The notes below the pieces were generated by a model, which saw nothing but the letters and a program-made list of their open reading frames with translations, was not told where the DNA came from and did no database searches. A stretch of DNA of 64,000 nucleotides from an uncultured Bdellovibrionales bacterium (GTDB taxonomy: Bacteria > Bdellovibrionota_C > UBA2361 > OMII01): NCBI GenBank assembly GCA_964413875.1, contig CAYPUA010000012.1, forward strand, positions 8,068-72,067. The letters are read 5' to 3'. This document shows, piece by piece, positions 46,649-56,685 of the stretch (position 1 is its first letter; each line of letters begins with the position of its first letter). The position numbers and the translations under genes were made by a program.

Positions 46649-47509
46649 ATGTGGATCCTCCTGTCTCTGTTCTCTGGATTAAGTGACGCTACCCGAGACG
46701 CTATCTCCAAGCGCGGCAGCGGGACTATTCCGCACGTCATGATCTCTTGGTCGTACTCACTCTTCGCCCTGCCCTTCTTTCTGCCGGTGCTCCTCCTATC
46801 CGCCCCAAATGAGCTGCCCCTTGAGTTCTGGCTCCTCGCGCTTGGGATTGGCGCCGCTCATGTTCTTGGCAGCCTCGGCGTGGTGTACGCTCTCTCCCGC
46901 TCAGACCTCTCGCTGTGCGTTCCGATGACCGCCTTCTCGCCGGTCTTTTTGCTGGTCATAGGGCCCATGATGAATGGTCACGCACCTTCCAATCATGCGA
47001 TCCTTGGAACCTTCCTGGTAACCGCTGGTTGTTACCTGCTCAATATCTCTGACATTCGTCGCGGCTTGCTCGCCCCGATCGTTTCTCTCGCGAGAGAGCC
47101 GGGTGTTCGAATGATGCTGCTTCTCGCGATTTTCTGGAGCTTCTCTGCCGCAATCGACCTTAATGCTGTGCGCAAGTTCGGGCTCCCGTTCTGGGCAGCC
47201 TCAGAGCTGGTCGCGATAGCTCTCTTATTTATCCCTGTCGTCATCTACAAGAGGGGGCTACGGGGGATGACCCCGATGGGGTGGCGAACACTGCCTCTGA
47301 TAGGGATGGCGAATGCATGCTCATTTGGCCCATACCTCTTGGCCCTCTCTTCAACTCACGCCCTGTACGTTATATGCCTCAAGCGCTCGAATATCTTCTT
47401 CTCGCTGCTAGTCGGCCGGCTGATGTTCGGGGAGGATAGCCTGCGCGGTCGGCTTGTCGGAGCTTCTCTTATGTTTGCGGGCGTTGCTGTCATCTCCTTG
47501 TGGGGATAA
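46649..47509 (+). CDS. EamA/DMT-superfamily transporter.
   Basis: Start trimmed to ATG 46649 ('[11 protein letters not shown]'). 10 TM helices and duplicated EamA-like halves. Confidence 0.8.
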   Translation: MWILLSLFSGLSDATRDAISKRGSGTIPHVMISWSYSLFALPFFLPVLLLSAPNELPLEFWLLALGIGAAHVLGSLGVVYALSRSDLSLCVPMTAFSPVFLLVIGPMMNGHAPSNHAILGTFLVTAGCYLLNISDIRRGLLAPIVSLAREPGVRMMLLLAIFWSFSAAIDLNAVRKFGLPFWAASELVAIALLFIPVVIYKRGLRGMTPMGWRTLPLIGMANACSFGPYLLALSSTHALYVICLKRSNIFFSLLVGRLMFGEDSLRGRLVGASLMFAGVAVISLWG

Positions 47510-47540
47510 GCCCTGGCGCGTGCTAGAAGTAAGCTCACCG

Positions 47541-47705
47541 ATGGGAAACCCTAAAGAGCCACTGAAAGGATTTAAGCAATCTCTTCCCACGAAGGTGTGC
47601 CCTGTCTGCAAGCTGCCGTTCTCATGGCGCAAGAAGTGGCGCCGAACCTGGGAGCAGGTTATCTACTGCAGTGAACGGTGCCGCCGCACTGGACGAGGAG
47701 CCTAA
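47541..47705 (+). CDS. DUF2256 zinc-ribbon protein.
   Basis: '[32 protein letters not shown]' (CxxC...CxxC). This family is typically encoded next to photolyase genes. Confidence 0.7.
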   Translation: MGNPKEPLKGFKQSLPTKVCPVCKLPFSWRKKWRRTWEQVIYCSERCRRTGRGA

Positions 47706-47713
47706 AGGTAAAA

Positions 47714-49252
47714 ATGCCGAAGCCGCGACTGCGCCTAATTCTAGGAGACCAGCTCAACGTAAACCACCCATGGTTCTCCGAGCCGAAAACAGCGGCTGAG
47801 TACGTGCTGATGGAGGTGCGCGAAGAAGCGACCTACGTCCGCCACCACATCCAAAAAGTAGTCGGCTTCTTTCTTGCCATGCGCGCGTTCGCCGACGAGC
47901 TGCGCCGCAAAGGGTTCTCCGTTCGCTACATCGCGCTCGATGCCCCAGAGAACCAGCACTCATTCTCGAAGAACATCAAGGCCCTCGCGGAATCCGGACG
48001 CTACTCAGCGTTCGAGTGCCAGCACGCGGATGAGTTCCGCGTCGAGGAGTCTCTCAAGGAGCTCTGCGACGCCCTGACCATCCCAGCCTCCATCTGCGAT
48101 TCAGATCACTTCCTGGTGAGCCGCGAGTTCTTTGTCTCTGTCTTCAAGGGTAAGAAGCGTTACGTGATGGAGAACTTCTACCGTGAAGTGCGCAGGAAGC
48201 ACGACATCCTGCTGGAGGACGGTGAGCCTGTCGGAGGGCGCTGGAACTTCGACAGCGAGAACCGAAAGAAGCTCCCTGATTCAGTTCGGCCTCCGGATGC
48301 GCTGGAGTTCGAGCGTGATGCCAGCGAAATCGTCGCCCTACTAAAAAGCAGCAAGGTGCAAACGTTTGGGGCGATAAACCCTGGCTGCTTCACCTGGCCG
48401 GTGACGCGAGCAGACTCTCTCAAGCTGCTAAAGCACTTCTGTCAGAAACTTCTGCCCTCGTTTGGCACCTACCAAGATGCGATGCACACCGATCATCGCC
48501 TCCTGTTTCACTCAAAGCTCTCTTTCTCCATGAACGTAAAGCTGATCTCCCCCAAAGAGGTGATAGACGCCGCAATTGAGGCTTGGAGAACGAGTCGGGG
48601 AGCGATCTCTATCGAGCAGATCGAGGGCTTCGTCCGCCAGATTGCAGGCTGGAGAGAGTTCATGCGCGGGGTGTACTGGGCACAGATGCCCAAGTACAAG
48701 AGCCTCAATTTCTTCGGGGCCAAGCGACCTCTGCCCCACTACTTCTGGGACGGCGATACCCAGATGAACTGTGTCCGACACGCCGTGCAGCAGTCACTCG
48801 AAGACGCTTACGCCCACCACATCCAGCGACTGATGGTGACCGGGAACTTCACCTTGCTGGCAGGAATCGATCCCGACGAGGTAGACGCCTGGTACCTCGG
48901 CGTGTACGCAGACGCGCTTGAGTGGGTGCAGCTTCCCAACACTCGCGGCATGAGCCAGTTCGCCGATGGAGGCATCGTCGGCACGAAGCCGTACATCGCC
49001 AGTGCCAACTACATTGGGAAAATGTCGAACTACTGCTCAGGCTGCGCGTACAACGCCAAGCAGCGCACCGGAAAAGATTCGTGCCCCTTCAACAGCCTGT
49101 ACTGGGACTTCCTGCTCACTCACCGCAAGAAGCTTGAGTCAAACCCGCGCATCGGCATGGGGTACCGGCTCCTCGACAAGATGGCCTCAAGCGAGGTAAA
49201 GGAGCTGCAAGAGCAGGCTGAGAAGCACCTCAAAAACCTGGAGAAACTGTAA
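47714..49252 (+). CDS. FeS-BCP / CryPro-type (6-4) photolyase (cryptochrome/photolyase family with an Fe-S cluster).
   Basis: Start at ATG 47714 with RBS AAAGG. The N-terminal 'RLRLILGDQLN' is characteristic of the PhrB/CryB family. The C-terminal region has four Cys ('CSGCAYN...CPFN'). Confidence 0.8.
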   Translation: MPKPRLRLILGDQLNVNHPWFSEPKTAAEYVLMEVREEATYVRHHIQKVVGFFLAMRAFADELRRKGFSVRYIALDAPENQHSFSKNIKALAESGRYSAFECQHADEFRVEESLKELCDALTIPASICDSDHFLVSREFFVSVFKGKKRYVMENFYREVRRKHDILLEDGEPVGGRWNFDSENRKKLPDSVRPPDALEFERDASEIVALLKSSKVQTFGAINPGCFTWPVTRADSLKLLKHFCQKLLPSFGTYQDAMHTDHRLLFHSKLSFSMNVKLISPKEVIDAAIEAWRTSRGAISIEQIEGFVRQIAGWREFMRGVYWAQMPKYKSLNFFGAKRPLPHYFWDGDTQMNCVRHAVQQSLEDAYAHHIQRLMVTGNFTLLAGIDPDEVDAWYLGVYADALEWVQLPNTRGMSQFADGGIVGTKPYIASANYIGKMSNYCSGCAYNAKQRTGKDSCPFNSLYWDFLLTHRKKLESNPRIGMGYRLLDKMASSEVKELQEQAEKHLKNLEKL

Positions 49253-49257
49253 GAGCC

Positions 49258-50640
49258 ATGAACAAGCACACACGAGCCCTGCACATCTTTAGGCGCGATC
49301 TGCGAGTCCAAGACAACACCGCCCTGCGCGCCGCGCTTGAGTCGGCCGGAGAGGTCGTCACCTGCTTTATCTTTAACGACGCTCAGGTGAAGCCCCATCC
49401 CTACCGCTCCGCAAACGGATTGGCGTTCATGATTGAAAGCTTGGAAGAGCTGGCGAAAGACATTGAGCGTCGGGGCGGAAGGCTGCTCGTGCTGCACGGT
49501 GCGCACGACGCCGAGGTCGAAAAGATGATTAGGGACCTCAGTATCGACGCTGTGTTCTTCAACCGCGACTACACCCCATTCAGCCGGGCTCGCGACGAGG
49601 CTATCGCGAATACCTGCAAGCGTCTCAACATCGCGTGCAACACCTTCGGAGATGCGCTGCTGGTTGAGCCGGAGACCTTCGCAAAAGACGACGGCCGACC
49701 CTACACAGTGTACACGCCGTTTTTCAAGAAGGCCTCGAAGCTTCCGGTGCAGAAACCAGCCGGCGATCCGAAAGGAAAACTCTCGCCCGCTTCAGACTAT
49801 GCCGGGAAGACCGTCTCGCCACGCGATTTCTGGCCTGAGGAGACAGCTCCACAGCGTCTCAGCATCGGTGGGCGCTCGCATGGGCTCGCAGTGCTCTCGT
49901 CGATCAAGGACTTCCGGGAGTACGAGGAGAAGCGCAACCTGCCAGCCGTTCGCGGCACTACCCTTTTAGCCTCTCACCACAAGTTCGGAACCGTCTCGAT
50001 ACGAGAGTCGTACCATGCGATAGCATCAGCGTTTGGTCCCGGGCACACCCTGATTCGAGAGCTCTACTGGCGAGACTTCTTCACGCATATCGGGTTCCAC
50101 TTCCCACACGTGTTTAGGGGGTCGTTCCACAAGATGTATGACAAGCTCAAGTGGAGCAACGACAAGGCTCTCTTCAACGCATGGTGCAACGGCCGCACAG
50201 GCTTCCCAATCGTCGATGCCGGCATGCGAGAGCTGGTGCAAACAGGCTTCATGCACAACCGTGTGCGGATGATCGTGGCATCGTTCCTCGTCAAGGACCT
50301 TCACATCAGCTGGCGCAAGGGAGAGGAGTTCTTCGCGCAGCACCTGACAGACTTCGATCCAGCCGTGAACAACGGGAGCTGGCAGTGGGCGGCCTCGACC
50401 GGGTGTGACGCGCAGCCATACTTCCGGATCTTCAATCCGTGGCTGCAGCAGTCACGCTTTGACCCAACCTGTGAATACATCAAGCGCTGGGTTCCGGAGC
50501 TTACAGATCTCTCGCCGAAGTACATCCACACGATGAGCGAGCCTGACATCACTCGTTCAGTCGACTACCCGAATCCGGTAGTTGAGCACGGCACGCAGAA
50601 GGTTATCGCCGAGGAGATGTTCAGAGAGTGCCGAGAGTAG
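49258..50640 (+). CDS. phr: Deoxyribodipyrimidine (CPD) photolyase / cryptochrome-DASH-type protein.
   Basis: 'LHIFRRDLRVQDNTAL', FAD-binding 'TGFPIVDAGMRELVQTGFMHNRVRMIVASFLVKDL', 'GSWQWAASTG'. Confidence 0.85.
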   Translation: MNKHTRALHIFRRDLRVQDNTALRAALESAGEVVTCFIFNDAQVKPHPYRSANGLAFMIESLEELAKDIERRGGRLLVLHGAHDAEVEKMIRDLSIDAVFFNRDYTPFSRARDEAIANTCKRLNIACNTFGDALLVEPETFAKDDGRPYTVYTPFFKKASKLPVQKPAGDPKGKLSPASDYAGKTVSPRDFWPEETAPQRLSIGGRSHGLAVLSSIKDFREYEEKRNLPAVRGTTLLASHHKFGTVSIRESYHAIASAFGPGHTLIRELYWRDFFTHIGFHFPHVFRGSFHKMYDKLKWSNDKALFNAWCNGRTGFPIVDAGMRELVQTGFMHNRVRMIVASFLVKDLHISWRKGEEFFAQHLTDFDPAVNNGSWQWAASTGCDAQPYFRIFNPWLQQSRFDPTCEYIKRWVPELTDLSPKYIHTMSEPDITRSVDYPNPVVEHGTQKVIAEEMFRECRE

Positions 50641-50738
50641 GCGCGTGGCAAGCCAGCTCTCTTCCGCGCTTGGGCGCCTAAAAGAGATTTAGCTGCTTGC
50701 AGGAAGCGCCCCGTTCTACCTACCCTCTAAGGGCTCCT

Positions 50739-52556
50739 ATGAAGCCCGTGCTCGTCCTCACCTACGCAGTCGTCTTTGCCGTTTTAGCGTGCTTTACCAC
50801 CTACGGCACCGGAACGTTTTTCGAACTTGAGTGGCTTAGCGCAAGCTACGACTCGCTTGCGTCGTCGCTGCTGCACGGCAAGGCCGACGTCGACCCGGAG
50901 GCGATTAGCTTTGAGGGCCTGAAGCGAGACGGCAGAACCTTCATGTATTTCGGGCCCTTTCCGGCGCTCCTTCGGATCGTTCTGAACGCCGCGTCTCCCG
51001 CCCACGCCGGGTTGTGGGGGCGTGTATCGTCCCTCCTCGCAGCCAGCCTCTCTGCTGTCGTGTTCGGATTAATTGTTGTCAGGACTCTTCGGATCAATCA
51101 GTCGCTCAAGGATCAGCAACGCACGGTGCTAGCCAGCCTGCTCATCCTATCATTCTCGCTTGGAACTCCGCTTCTGTACCTTGCTTCTTGCGGGCGTATC
51201 TTTCACGAGGCGTCGCTGTGGGGGCTCTTCGGTGGCTTGTTGGCGCTGTACGGAATCGTGCTCCTGTGCACCGGCTCTGAACGCCCGCTCCTTGGCCGGG
51301 CCCTATTCTCGGTTGCACTTGCCGTGGCGCTTCTCTCGCGCATAACCTTCGCTGTGCCCATCTGCCTGGCTGCGCCGGTTGTCTTTCTGTGGCGAATCAA
51401 CTCAGCGCCCGGTGGGCCAGCTCGCGCCGCCTTGCTCCGCCTCGCGGTCATGCTCCCTGCCGCTCTCGGCGTCGGGTTCCAGCTCTGGTACAACTATGAG
51501 CGCTTCGGGTCGCCATTTCTCTTCTTTGACTACCAAACCTTCTACATCAAGCCGGAGGAGATCGGCGGCGAATTCAACCTCGCTCGGTTGCCAACGACCT
51601 TCAAGCACTACTTCGGCTTCTTTTGGAGATACGTCTCAGACACTCCACCATACGTCCGGATGATTAGCTCCCAAATCACGAGCCCGGAGTTCTTTATGCG
51701 TCATTGGCGGGAGCAGACCATCTCACTGACGTTCGCTTCCTGCGCAGTCATGCTATTTGCGGCTCTTGGATTTGTGGCCGTTCTGAGGAGAAGGGCTCCC
51801 GCGCTTCTCGCCGTGTACGTGGGGTGCTTGCTAGCCCAGGCCTTTCTCATCCTCACATACTTTTTCATTACACAGCGGTATGCGGCTGACTTTCTGCCGC
51901 TCCTGGCCGCTGGCATCGCCGCTGCTAGCCTCAGCTTCTCCTACAAGAGGGCTCTTGTGGCGGCCCTCGGAGTGCTGAGCATTCTTTCAATCAGCGCTAC
52001 TTCTCTGAGCGCTCTCGACTGGACCATGGCCTTCAACCAGCACGCGCCAAATCCGATTCGGGTTCGGCTCGCTCAAGCATTTCTGCCGCCTCTTGTTCGT
52101 GGAGACGCAGTCGAGCGGGTATACCTCAGCGACCAAACCCCTCTTACGCAGCGTGATTCCGGAACCCCAACGAGGCGAGACAGGTCCGCAGTCGGCAATC
52201 AGCTCACATGGCTCGGCACGCTGTTCCCGAAGGGGATCGGAATGCGGGCCAACGCTAGCGCCACATTCAGCGTGCCGCCGGGTTTCGATCGGTTCCAGTC
52301 GATTGTTATGCCGGCGCACGAGTCGACGCACCTGTACGACTGTTCGATGGAGTTCACCCTCACCAATCAAGCAGGTGAAGAGCTTTTCAGTAGCGGCGTG
52401 ATGGGAGATCGAAGCCTTCCGCAGCGAGTCGATATAGCACTGAACGGAACCCCAACCCTGACTCTCTCGCTCTCAACTGGCGGGGGACAGCCTCGCGGCG
52501 ATTTTGGAAACTGGAACATGGCGTCATTCGCCAAAAGCGCCCCTGCAAATGAATAG
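50739..52556 (+). CDS. GT-C-fold membrane glycosyltransferase-like protein (ArnT/PMT, GT39/83-like) fused to a C-terminal NPCBM/NEW2 carbohydrate-binding domain.
   Basis: About 10 TM helices with a first-loop acidic motif 'ADVDPE'. C-terminal ~150 aa 'GIGMRANASATFSVP...RFQSIVMPAHES...SGVMGD...LTLSLSTGGGQPRGDFGNWNMASF' matches the NPCBM pattern (G.G.HA.S...F...VG.DD...SGVMTG...L.L.V.DGGDG..DHADWADAKL). Confidence 0.6.
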   Translation: MKPVLVLTYAVVFAVLACFTTYGTGTFFELEWLSASYDSLASSLLHGKADVDPEAISFEGLKRDGRTFMYFGPFPALLRIVLNAASPAHAGLWGRVSSLLAASLSAVVFGLIVVRTLRINQSLKDQQRTVLASLLILSFSLGTPLLYLASCGRIFHEASLWGLFGGLLALYGIVLLCTGSERPLLGRALFSVALAVALLSRITFAVPICLAAPVVFLWRINSAPGGPARAALLRLAVMLPAALGVGFQLWYNYERFGSPFLFFDYQTFYIKPEEIGGEFNLARLPTTFKHYFGFFWRYVSDTPPYVRMISSQITSPEFFMRHWREQTISLTFASCAVMLFAALGFVAVLRRRAPALLAVYVGCLLAQAFLILTYFFITQRYAADFLPLLAAGIAAASLSFSYKRALVAALGVLSILSISATSLSALDWTMAFNQHAPNPIRVRLAQAFLPPLVRGDAVERVYLSDQTPLTQRDSGTPTRRDRSAVGNQLTWLGTLFPKGIGMRANASATFSVPPGFDRFQSIVMPAHESTHLYDCSMEFTLTNQAGEELFSSGVMGDRSLPQRVDIALNGTPTLTLSLSTGGGQPRGDFGNWNMASFAKSAPANE

Positions 52557-52617
52557 GTTCCAGCAGCACTCGGAACCCCGAGTAAGTCCGATGGTGGCGC
52601 CGGGAGAGTTGCTGCGC

Positions 52618-54408
52618 TTAGCGGGCTGTGCGGACCGGAGACCGCACATTTGTGGCATCACGCACCGAGCAGCGAACTGGCGCGATTGGGCGCCGTCGGG
52701 CAAATTCGTAATACCCCACATCATCCGTTAGCTTCGAAGCTACCTGCCTTCGATTGCAGAATAGTCGCACTTGAACACCGACTATCGGCCCCCCTCCGGA
52801 ATCAGTTACCGTTCCTGAAAGGTAATTTCTACGAGTCGCCCTCTCTATGGAAAGGCTCACCGTATGAGCCCCGGAGGCCGGAGTGGGCGTCGGTGTCGGA
52901 AGACCGAAGCCCATCGACACGGCGTTCGCAGCATTCACTCGACCACCGGACACGGTGGTGCCGCGAAGCGATGCGCGCTGATCGACGGATGCCATGATGA
53001 TATCTTTTATCTGCAGGTAGGTTAGGCTGCCGTTCGCCGCTTTAATCAGCCCAGCTAATCCCGCAACGGCAGGGGTCGCCATCGAGGTGCCACTAAGGAT
53101 CTTGTACAGGTTGTTCGGGACAGTGCTCAAAATCTCAACACCGGGAGCGGCAACATCCACTGAAACTTCCCCGTAATTCGAGAACGAAGCTAGCTGATCG
53201 CGGCTGTTGGTGGCTGCCACTGCAAGGATGTTGGCTGCCGTGGAGCTTGCTGGAAATGAGGGGGTCTCATCGTTGTCCAATCCGTCGTTCCCAGCCGCAA
53301 CAACCACCAGAACATTCTGTTGTCTGGCGTACTCAATCGCTGACTCAAGCGCTCCAGCGTTACTTGGGCCGCTCAAAGACATGCTGAGGATCGAGGCTCC
53401 GCGATCAACAGCGTACTCGATCCCGGCGGCGATATCCGTCAGGAACCCGTCGCCGTTCGCATCGAGGACTTTCACCGGCAAGATGCCCACTTGCCAGTTC
53501 ACCCCAGTTACTCCGGTGGCATTATTTCCCTGTGCTCCGACGGTACCAGCACAGTGCGTCCCATGCTCATCATCGTCGAGCGGGGCTCCATCAGAATTTA
53601 CGAAGTCGTACCCGTAGTAGTCATCCACGAAGCCGTTGCTGTCGTCGTCAAAGAAGTTGCCAGCTACCTCTGCCGCATTTGTGTGGATGTTGGCGACCAG
53701 GTCCGGATGCGTGTAGTCAACCCCGGAGTCAATTACCGCGATCACCACGGAGGGACTGCCGGTCGTAAGGTCCCACGCGGCCGGAGCAGCAATCTTCGTC
53801 ATCCCGTAGAGAGACGAGTAGAAGGTGTCGTTCGGCGTGACCGCCGTGTGGAAGAGCACATTTGCTTCACATTCAAGCGGGATGCCTGGGTTCGCCGCAC
53901 GAAGCGACGCGCAAAGCGCCGCAATCTCCAGATCGTTCACCGGCACCGGCTCTCTGGACTGAAGCGTCGTTGAATCTGCGGTCGATGCGACACCCACTGA
54001 GTAGCTCCCCTTGATCCGCGAGAGCCGCATGTGTTTCGGCACCCTGAGGCGATCGATAGAGCGGGCAGCGCCTCGGATCGCAGCGGAGCGAGGGAAACCA
54101 ACCGCCACTTCTTTTCCTGGAACCACGCGCCTCTCCGCGCTCGAACTAGGAGTCCAGGCGAGAATCAAGCCCGCCACGGCTAAGACCGCAATGAAGCGAC
54201 TGGGTCGGAGGTGTTGCTTACACACGAGGCCATCCATAGGGTTTTGATCTCTCAATAGTATACATCGGCAAGGGCCGTTGTAACATGTAGGCTTTTTAGG
54301 ACAGTTGCGCCAGAGAAGGAGCAAAGCTGCAACATGCTGCTCGGCGGTCCCGTCGTAACCTAGAGGGACTTGCCAAACATCTGGGCACAGTTTAGTTGAA
54401 ACTCGCAA
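52618..54408 (-). CDS. Subtilisin-like serine peptidase (S8) with a C-terminal carboxypeptidase-regulatory-like beta domain.
   Basis: Catalytic triad contexts 'VIAVIDSGVD', 'HGTHCAGTVGA', 'GTSMATPAVAGLAGL'. The start is probably an internal Met preceding the signal peptide 'FIAVLAVAGLILAWT'. Confidence 0.9.
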   Translation of the reverse strand: MRVSTKLCPDVWQVPLGYDGTAEQHVAALLLLWRNCPKKPTCYNGPCRCILLRDQNPMDGLVCKQHLRPSRFIAVLAVAGLILAWTPSSSAERRVVPGKEVAVGFPRSAAIRGAARSIDRLRVPKHMRLSRIKGSYSVGVASTADSTTLQSREPVPVNDLEIAALCASLRAANPGIPLECEANVLFHTAVTPNDTFYSSLYGMTKIAAPAAWDLTTGSPSVVIAVIDSGVDYTHPDLVANIHTNAAEVAGNFFDDDSNGFVDDYYGYDFVNSDGAPLDDDEHGTHCAGTVGAQGNNATGVTGVNWQVGILPVKVLDANGDGFLTDIAAGIEYAVDRGASILSMSLSGPSNAGALESAIEYARQQNVLVVVAAGNDGLDNDETPSFPASSTAANILAVAATNSRDQLASFSNYGEVSVDVAAPGVEILSTVPNNLYKILSGTSMATPAVAGLAGLIKAANGSLTYLQIKDIIMASVDQRASLRGTTVSGGRVNAANAVSMGFGLPTPTPTPASGAHTVSLSIERATRRNYLSGTVTDSGGGPIVGVQVRLFCNRRQVASKLTDDVGYYEFARRRPIAPVRCSVRDATNVRSPVRTAR

Positions 54409-54449
54409 TGTCTGGGCCGCTTCGCCGCTCTCAGCGGCGAAGCGATGGA

Positions 54450-54944
54450 TTATCGGAACTCACTGCTCGGCAGCGGATGACGCCGGCGCCAATCCATAAT
54501 CTCAAGCGCGGCAATGCCGGCCTCAATCCCTTTGTTCTTGTCATCGTCACCGCTGCGGGCCAACGCATCCTCAATCCTGACTACAGGGAGAATCTCGTTA
54601 ATTATCGGCACGTCACACTCAAAGCCAACTCGCTCAAGCCCGCTCATGCAGAGGTCTTTCACAATATCGAAGTGGTAGGTATCACCCTTCAGGATGACGC
54701 CGAACACAATCACTGCCTCTAGCGACGGATCGCACTGCATGAGGCGCCGAGCCGCAAGCGGGATCTCAAGGCAGCCAGGAACGATGTGCACATCGGGGCG
54801 ATGACAGCCGCCTTGCTCAAGTATCGCGGAGCACTTCTCGATCATCGACTGTGATACTTCGCGGTACCACTTGGACGCGACGATAACAGCCCTGCCGCCT
54901 GGGACACTGGGGAGGGTTGAAGTTGAGTGACAAAATTGGGCCAT
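54450..54944 (-). CDS. ribH: 6,7-dimethyl-8-ribityllumazine synthase.
   Basis: 'RAVIVASKWYREV...GCLEIPLAARRL...AVIVFGVILKGDTYHFDIV'. Start trimmed to ATG 54942-54944 because the longer ORF would overlap the tRNA gene. Confidence 0.85.
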   Translation of the reverse strand: MAQFCHSTSTLPSVPGGRAVIVASKWYREVSQSMIEKCSAILEQGGCHRPDVHIVPGCLEIPLAARRLMQCDPSLEAVIVFGVILKGDTYHFDIVKDLCMSGLERVGFECDVPIINEILPVVRIEDALARSGDDDKNKGIEAGIAALEIMDWRRRHPLPSSEFR

Positions 54945-55035
54945 ACCGCGTTCGGAAGTGAAGCCATTCCCCACAGCGGGCAGGGCTCCTATCGGAGAGG
55001 TCTCTCTCGCAGAGTATATGCTGAACGAAGAATTA

Positions 55036-55118
55036 TACCGGAGAAGGGACTTGAACCCCCACACCCTCACGGGTAGCGGATTTTGAATCCGCCGCGTCTA
55101 CCATTCCGCCACTCCGGC
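55036..55118 (-). tRNA. tRNA-Leu (anticodon CAA), class II with long variable arm.
   Basis: Hand-folded: acceptor GCCGGAG/CTCCGGT (G1-U72 wobble), anticodon stem GCGGA/TCCGC with loop TTCAAAA, 14-nt variable arm, T-loop TTCAAGT, discriminator A. Confidence 0.85.
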
Positions 55119-55206
55119 ACATTACTGCTCTTTTGTAGACGGAAAGGGGCAACAATTCAAGCTCGCCAACTTACCCAGCGATTTCCGAACATTTCGGGGC
55201 GGCTTG

Positions 55207-55980
55207 TTAAGCGTCCGCTTGTGGGTTGACAGCTACGGCCGCTCGTATTCGGTCCTGCGCCTGCTCCAGGACCTCATCCGCAGGTCGCCCCGCTTGCTCA
55301 AGAGGCTCAAGAAACTCAAGCTCTATCCTAGTGCCAAACGGCAGGGGCATAAAGTTGTAGCGCAGCAGTTCCCAGTTTCCGCGTATTGCTATCGGCTGAA
55401 CGATCGCTGACGGCATCGACGAGATGAGCGCTCGAAACCCGGTAGCCTTAAAGCGCTTCATTACTCCATCCCGAGCTCTCGTCCCCTCGGGGAAGATAGC
55501 TGCAACCTGCCTCTGCGCCTCTTTGCGCGCGCCGAAGTCACGGATTGCCGTAACTGAACCGGCCGGATCTGCGCGGTCGATCAGGACAGACCCAAGTGTC
55601 CGCAAAGCGTACGAGATGCTCGGCAACCCACGGCCAAGCTCCTTCTTCGCGATAAAACCGATCTCTCTGCTCCGACATTCCCACATGATCATCGGGATGT
55701 CGTACATGCTCTGGTGATTCGATATTAGGATCACCGATCGCCCAGCAGGGAGGCTCGGCGTGCCACGCACCCGGTAGGAGGCGCCCGTTAGGAGCCGGAT
55801 ATTCCACACGATGCAAACGTTCATCCGGTCGAGCATCCACTTCTGGGCCCGTCTGCCGAAGATAGAAGCCGCAATTTGAAGAGGGTGGAATACGCAAAGG
55901 ATTGCGAAGAAAACAACGACGTAGAGAGGCGTAAAGATCCAGCTCAAGACTTTTCGGGGCAGCGACATCTGAACACTCAT
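55207..55980 (-). CDS. plsC: 1-acyl-sn-glycerol-3-phosphate acyltransferase (LPLAT/PlsC family).
   Basis: 'ISNHQSMYDIPMI' (HxxxxD) and 'IFPEGTRARDG' motifs. N-terminal TM helix. Confidence 0.85.
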   Translation of the reverse strand: MSVQMSLPRKVLSWIFTPLYVVVFFAILCVFHPLQIAASIFGRRAQKWMLDRMNVCIVWNIRLLTGASYRVRGTPSLPAGRSVILISNHQSMYDIPMIMWECRSREIGFIAKKELGRGLPSISYALRTLGSVLIDRADPAGSVTAIRDFGARKEAQRQVAAIFPEGTRARDGVMKRFKATGFRALISSMPSAIVQPIAIRGNWELLRYNFMPLPFGTRIELEFLEPLEQAGRPADEVLEQAQDRIRAAVAVNPQADA

Positions 55981-56618
55981 GCTTCGCCCCCTGTCGGCTC
56001 CCTGCTCCCTGTATCGCTCACTCCCAGATTCCTCCGCTGCAGCTTTATCGCATGCAACAGCTTCTGGCGCAGCGTCTCGAGTGGCGCATCAGCGTGTGCC
56101 CTGGACAGAAGCTCCTCTGCTGCTGCCAGAGCGCGGCCGCGCCCTTTGGGGTCCAGCTGAGTCATGTGTAGGTGCCGAGTGGTATCAAGCTGTATTGCGA
56201 GCTGCACTGCACACGCCTCGGACTGGCTCTCGGCTGTAGTGGCAACGGGAGCGCTGCTGGGCACCGCCGCATGCAAAGCTGCCCGAACAGTATGCAGCCG
56301 TAGCCCTGGGACCTCCTGTATCAAGAGAGTCGCAATTCGAGCCAGGCGCGGCCGGAATGAAACTCCCTCCTCCCGAACAAGCCCGTTAGGCTCAATATTG
56401 CCACCGGCCAGGGCTGCCTGCTCGTAATCCGCCGACACCAGGTCGATACACCCCTCCCCGAAAGCTCTCTCAAGGAGCGTCACCAATGCGGGAGCATCTT
56501 CCCTCATCGAAATGTGGCTAGCCATATTTACAAACGCTGTTTGTTGTAGGAGCCTCTTCCCAGAAGGAAGCCTGCTCCAAAGACCCCACTGGCTACCGCG
56601 CCCAGGGGCCAGAATCAA
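55977..56618 (-). CDS. Hypothetical protein.
   Basis: 213-aa ORF co-directional with plsC (4-nt overlap). No motif recognised. Confidence 0.4.
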   Translation of the reverse strand: MILAPGRGSQWGLWSRLPSGKRLLQQTAFVNMASHISMREDAPALVTLLERAFGEGCIDLVSADYEQAALAGGNIEPNGLVREEGVSFRPRLARIATLLIQEVPGLRLHTVRAALHAAVPSSAPVATTAESQSEACAVQLAIQLDTTRHLHMTQLDPKGRGRALAAAEELLSRAHADAPLETLRQKLLHAIKLQRRNLGVSDTGSREPTGGEA

Positions 56619-56685
56619 CTGGTGCTGTCCTCCGGTTCGCCGCTACAATCCGGGGATCCCGCGAGAGCAATCCGGACAGAGCGTC

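Noticed and set aside
54945-55070. N-terminal extension of the ribH ORF.
   Set aside because: It would overlap the tRNA-Leu gene (55036..55118) on the same strand. A good internal Met (54944) gives a canonical 164-aa lumazine synthase.
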